A DNA stretch of 64,000 nucleotides, from assembly GCA_963666485.2 (NCBI GenBank), contig CAXXUO010000003.1, positions 370,958 through 434,957 on the forward strand, written 5' to 3'. Both the position numbers and the translations under genes were made by a program. How positions within the stretch are numbered: the first letter of the stretch is position 1; every line of letters begins with the position of its first letter. Below the pieces are notes generated by a model. The model did not search any database, was not told where the DNA came from, and was given only the letters and a program-made list of their open reading frames with translations. Positions 61,451 through 64,000 of the stretch are shown here, one piece after another. The stretch is from Syntrophorhabdaceae bacterium. GTDB lineage: Bacteria; Desulfobacterota; Syntrophorhabdia; Syntrophorhabdales; Syntrophorhabdaceae.

Positions 61451-62656
61451 ATGGACGACATCCATTTGCTAAAAGAATCCTTCACTGCCTTTCAGCAGTC
61501 TTCCAGCCGTCTGCAGGAGGTTTATCTGGAGTTGCAGGAAAAGGTTACCCAAGCCGCAGTCGAACTGGAGGCGAAGAACGCCGAACTTCTCCGTATCAGT
61601 GCTGAGCGTGAAGCCATGCACCATTACCTCCAGGGTATCCTGGAGAGTCTGACCGTCGGGGTTCTGGTGACGGATGATGAAGGGGTAATCCGAATTGCCA
61701 ACCATGCCGCCCAGCTGTTTCTCGGTGCCGGAGAGAACAAGTTGCAGGGACAAGCGATTCGTCAAATCTTTGGCAATGCCGAATGGGATCTGGAATGCGG
61801 CCACAGTGCCGGAAAAAGGGGACACAGAATTAACCGGCATGGCCGGATTCTGGAGTTGCTCGGGTCTCCTTTCTCGGTGCGCGAGCAGAAATTGGGCGGC
61901 GTTGCCTGGGTCATGACCGATATCACCGAGGCTTTGAAACTGGAGAAAAAGGTCCATCACCTTGACAAAAATACGGCCATGCTGGAGATGGCCGCTCAAA
62001 TTGCGCACGAGGTCCGTAATCCCCTGGGGAGTATCGAACTTTTTTCCTCGCTATTGCATCGCCACCTCCGGGAGGCAAAACAGCAGGAATGGGTCACTCA
62101 GATCATTCAGGCCGTCAAAAACATTGATGTAAAAATTGAAGAATTACTGTGCCATGTCAAAACGGTGGAGCCACTCATGGAAATAATGAATATCCATGAC
62201 TTGCTGAAGGAAGTTCTTCTCTATTCGGATCAGATTGCAGATCAAGGACATGTCTTCCTGTCCGTAGAATATGATCCCGGAGAACCGCTAGTTCGTGGTA
62301 ACCCGGCGATGTTACGTCAAATTTTCATGGGTCTGATATTGAATGCCCTCACGTCGCTTCCGGATGAAGGACGGATTCGCATCCGGACGGTAATCGAGGA
62401 CAGAGATAACGTGTCTCCGGTCATACGCGTTCGTTTTTCAGACAACCGTCCAGGCAATCCGGTGGAACACATTCACCGGTTTTTCAATCCCGAAGAAGAC
62501 GACGACCGATTGGCCAGTTTTAATTTTACGGTGATCCAAAACATTGTCGCCATGCACAAGGGTGCTCTGACGGCAGAAAGCAGTGAAGACGGGAACACGT
62601 CGTTCAGCATCGCTATTCCTCTGGTTGGATTGTCACTTGAGGAGGAAAACCGGTAA
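61451..62656 (+). CDS. PAS-domain sensor histidine kinase (FlgS/FleS-like) with degenerate ATPase motifs
   Basis: ILESLTVGVLV PAS and MAAQIAHEVRNPLGSI H-box present; G1 reads DNRPG and no G2 box is visible; start uncertain. Confidence 0.8.
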   Translation: MDDIHLLKESFTAFQQSSSRLQEVYLELQEKVTQAAVELEAKNAELLRISAEREAMHHYLQGILESLTVGVLVTDDEGVIRIANHAAQLFLGAGENKLQGQAIRQIFGNAEWDLECGHSAGKRGHRINRHGRILELLGSPFSVREQKLGGVAWVMTDITEALKLEKKVHHLDKNTAMLEMAAQIAHEVRNPLGSIELFSSLLHRHLREAKQQEWVTQIIQAVKNIDVKIEELLCHVKTVEPLMEIMNIHDLLKEVLLYSDQIADQGHVFLSVEYDPGEPLVRGNPAMLRQIFMGLILNALTSLPDEGRIRIRTVIEDRDNVSPVIRVRFSDNRPGNPVEHIHRFFNPEEDDDRLASFNFTVIQNIVAMHKGALTAESSEDGNTSFSIAIPLVGLSLEEENR

Positions 62657-62671
62657 GTGGGGAATTTGATA

Positions 62672-64000
62672 ATGCAAGAATCTGCAAAACGTCATCCTGA
62701 TAGTCGATGATGACCCATCCATGCAGCTTGCCCTTTCGGAGTCTCTGGCGGTGTGCGGCTATGAGGTTGATACGGCAGATAACGGGTCCGAAGCCCTGCA
62801 GAAATTTCAGGAGCAATCCTTCGGCATGGTGGTGACCGACATGCGCATGCCCCGCATGGGTGGGATGGATGTCCTGAAGGGTGTCAAAAAACTATCACCT
62901 CGAACACCGGTAATCCTGATTACGGCTTACGGAACCGTCAGTACGGCGGTGGAAGCCATGAAAGAAGGCGCGGCGGAGTTCATCATGAAGCCCTTCTCCC
63001 TCGACGATCTTCAGGCTGTGGTGCGGAAAGTACTTTCCTTGGGCGGTGCTCCTGCAGTGGAAATGGCGCTCACCGAGGATATCCCTGCCCCTCAGGAAGT
63101 GGATATCATTAGTCAGGCGGCCAACATGAAAGCCCTGTTTGCCCTTATGCGCAATATAGCCAAGAGCAAATCCAGCGTGCTGATCCAGGGAGAGAGCGGT
63201 ACGGGCAAAGAGTTATTCGCCCGCTATATCTATCGCCACAGTACGCGGAAGAGTCGGCCCTTCGTGGCGATCAACTGTGCCGCCATTCCCCACCACCTCC
63301 TGGAAAGCGAGATGTTCGGCTATGAAAAAGGGGCTTTCACAGGGGCTGCGCAGCGGAAACCGGGTAAGTTCGAGCTTGCCGACGGGGGGACACTGCTCTT
63401 GGATGAAATCGGCGAGATGGATATTCAGCTGCAGGCGAAACTCCTACGAGTGCTCCAGGAATCGGAAGTGGACCGTCTCGGCGGTCGGACCCGATTTCCG
63501 TTGATGTGCGAATCATTGCCACGACCAACGCCGATCTAAAAAAAGCAATTGAAGAGAAAAAATTCCGGGAGGATCTCTATTACCGGTTGAACGTCATTCC
63601 CATTCACATCCCGCCCTTACGGGACCGGGAGGAGGACATTGCCCTCCTGAGTGATTATTTCCTCGGGAAATACAGTCAGATCAACGGTAAAAGGAAACCT
63701 GTTCTTTCCCCGGAGGTCCTCCGTATCCTGAAGGCGTATCACTGGCCGGGAAACGTCAGGGAACTGGAACATGTCATGGAGCGGTCGGTTCTGATTTGCG
63801 ACGATGAGGTCATCCTGCCTGACCATCTCTATTTGGACGGACCGATCCGAATCAAGTCGGAGGCGGAAGATGCGCTGCAGGATGTGACACCGGATCTGGA
63901 GGTCCAGGTGGCTTCCAAAGCGCCCGGCACCCTGAAGGAAATGGAAAAGGCCATGATTTTCGAGGCCTTGAACCGGGTGCACGGCAACCGTACTCATGCA
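62672..64000 (+). CDS. Sigma54-dependent response regulator (FlgR/FleR-like); two apparent frameshifts, runs off the window end
   Basis: ILIVDDD receiver, GESGTGKE and GAFTGA; after a shift near 63490 it continues [40 protein letters not shown] further shift near 62688 separates the ATG at 62672. Confidence 0.88.

Noticed and set aside
62672..63540. Programmed frameshifting in the sigma54 regulator
   Set aside because: Two independent shifts in a conserved regulator, plus other scattered indels, fit sequencing error better.

Overview
The window appears to join three blocks. (1) ~1-38360 is chromosome of an anaerobic deltaproteobacterium (Desulfobacterota-like, inferred from gene content). 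It holds tatB-tatC, rubrerythrin, a carbon-nitrogen hydrolase-argS-lepB-TPR-DUF362 run, three tandem Hsp20 genes, a yedF/cysteine desulfurase/DUF3343 operon, a degenerate PurF paralogue, two outer-membrane porin-like genes, a six-gene glycosyltransferase/radical SAM/Zn-finger cluster, a Mo-storage-like operon, cheV, an Old Yellow Enzyme and glgP. (2) ~38360-43245 is one end of a prophage. It is bounded by the 3' half of a tRNA-Arg(CCT) (att site) and carries a lysis cassette (amidase, holin, overlapping spanins), probable virion genes and the frameshifted C-terminus of a large phage protein. (3) ~43245-64000 begins abruptly mid-gene and is a chemotaxis/flagellar-regulatory region (cheW, cheR, cheD x2, cheY x2, cheX x2, cheB, cheA, HDOD proteins, motAB, PilZ, SPOR-TPR, sigma54 two-component genes). 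The join at ~43245 cuts genes on both sides and may be an assembly chimera. Several single-base frameshifts suggest long-read indel errors. The best candidate for an undescribed system is the tightly coupled GT-membrane protein-Zn-finger/acidic-tail protein-GT-radical SAM-GT operon at 16344-21844. All calls are from motif recognition by eye; no database search was run.
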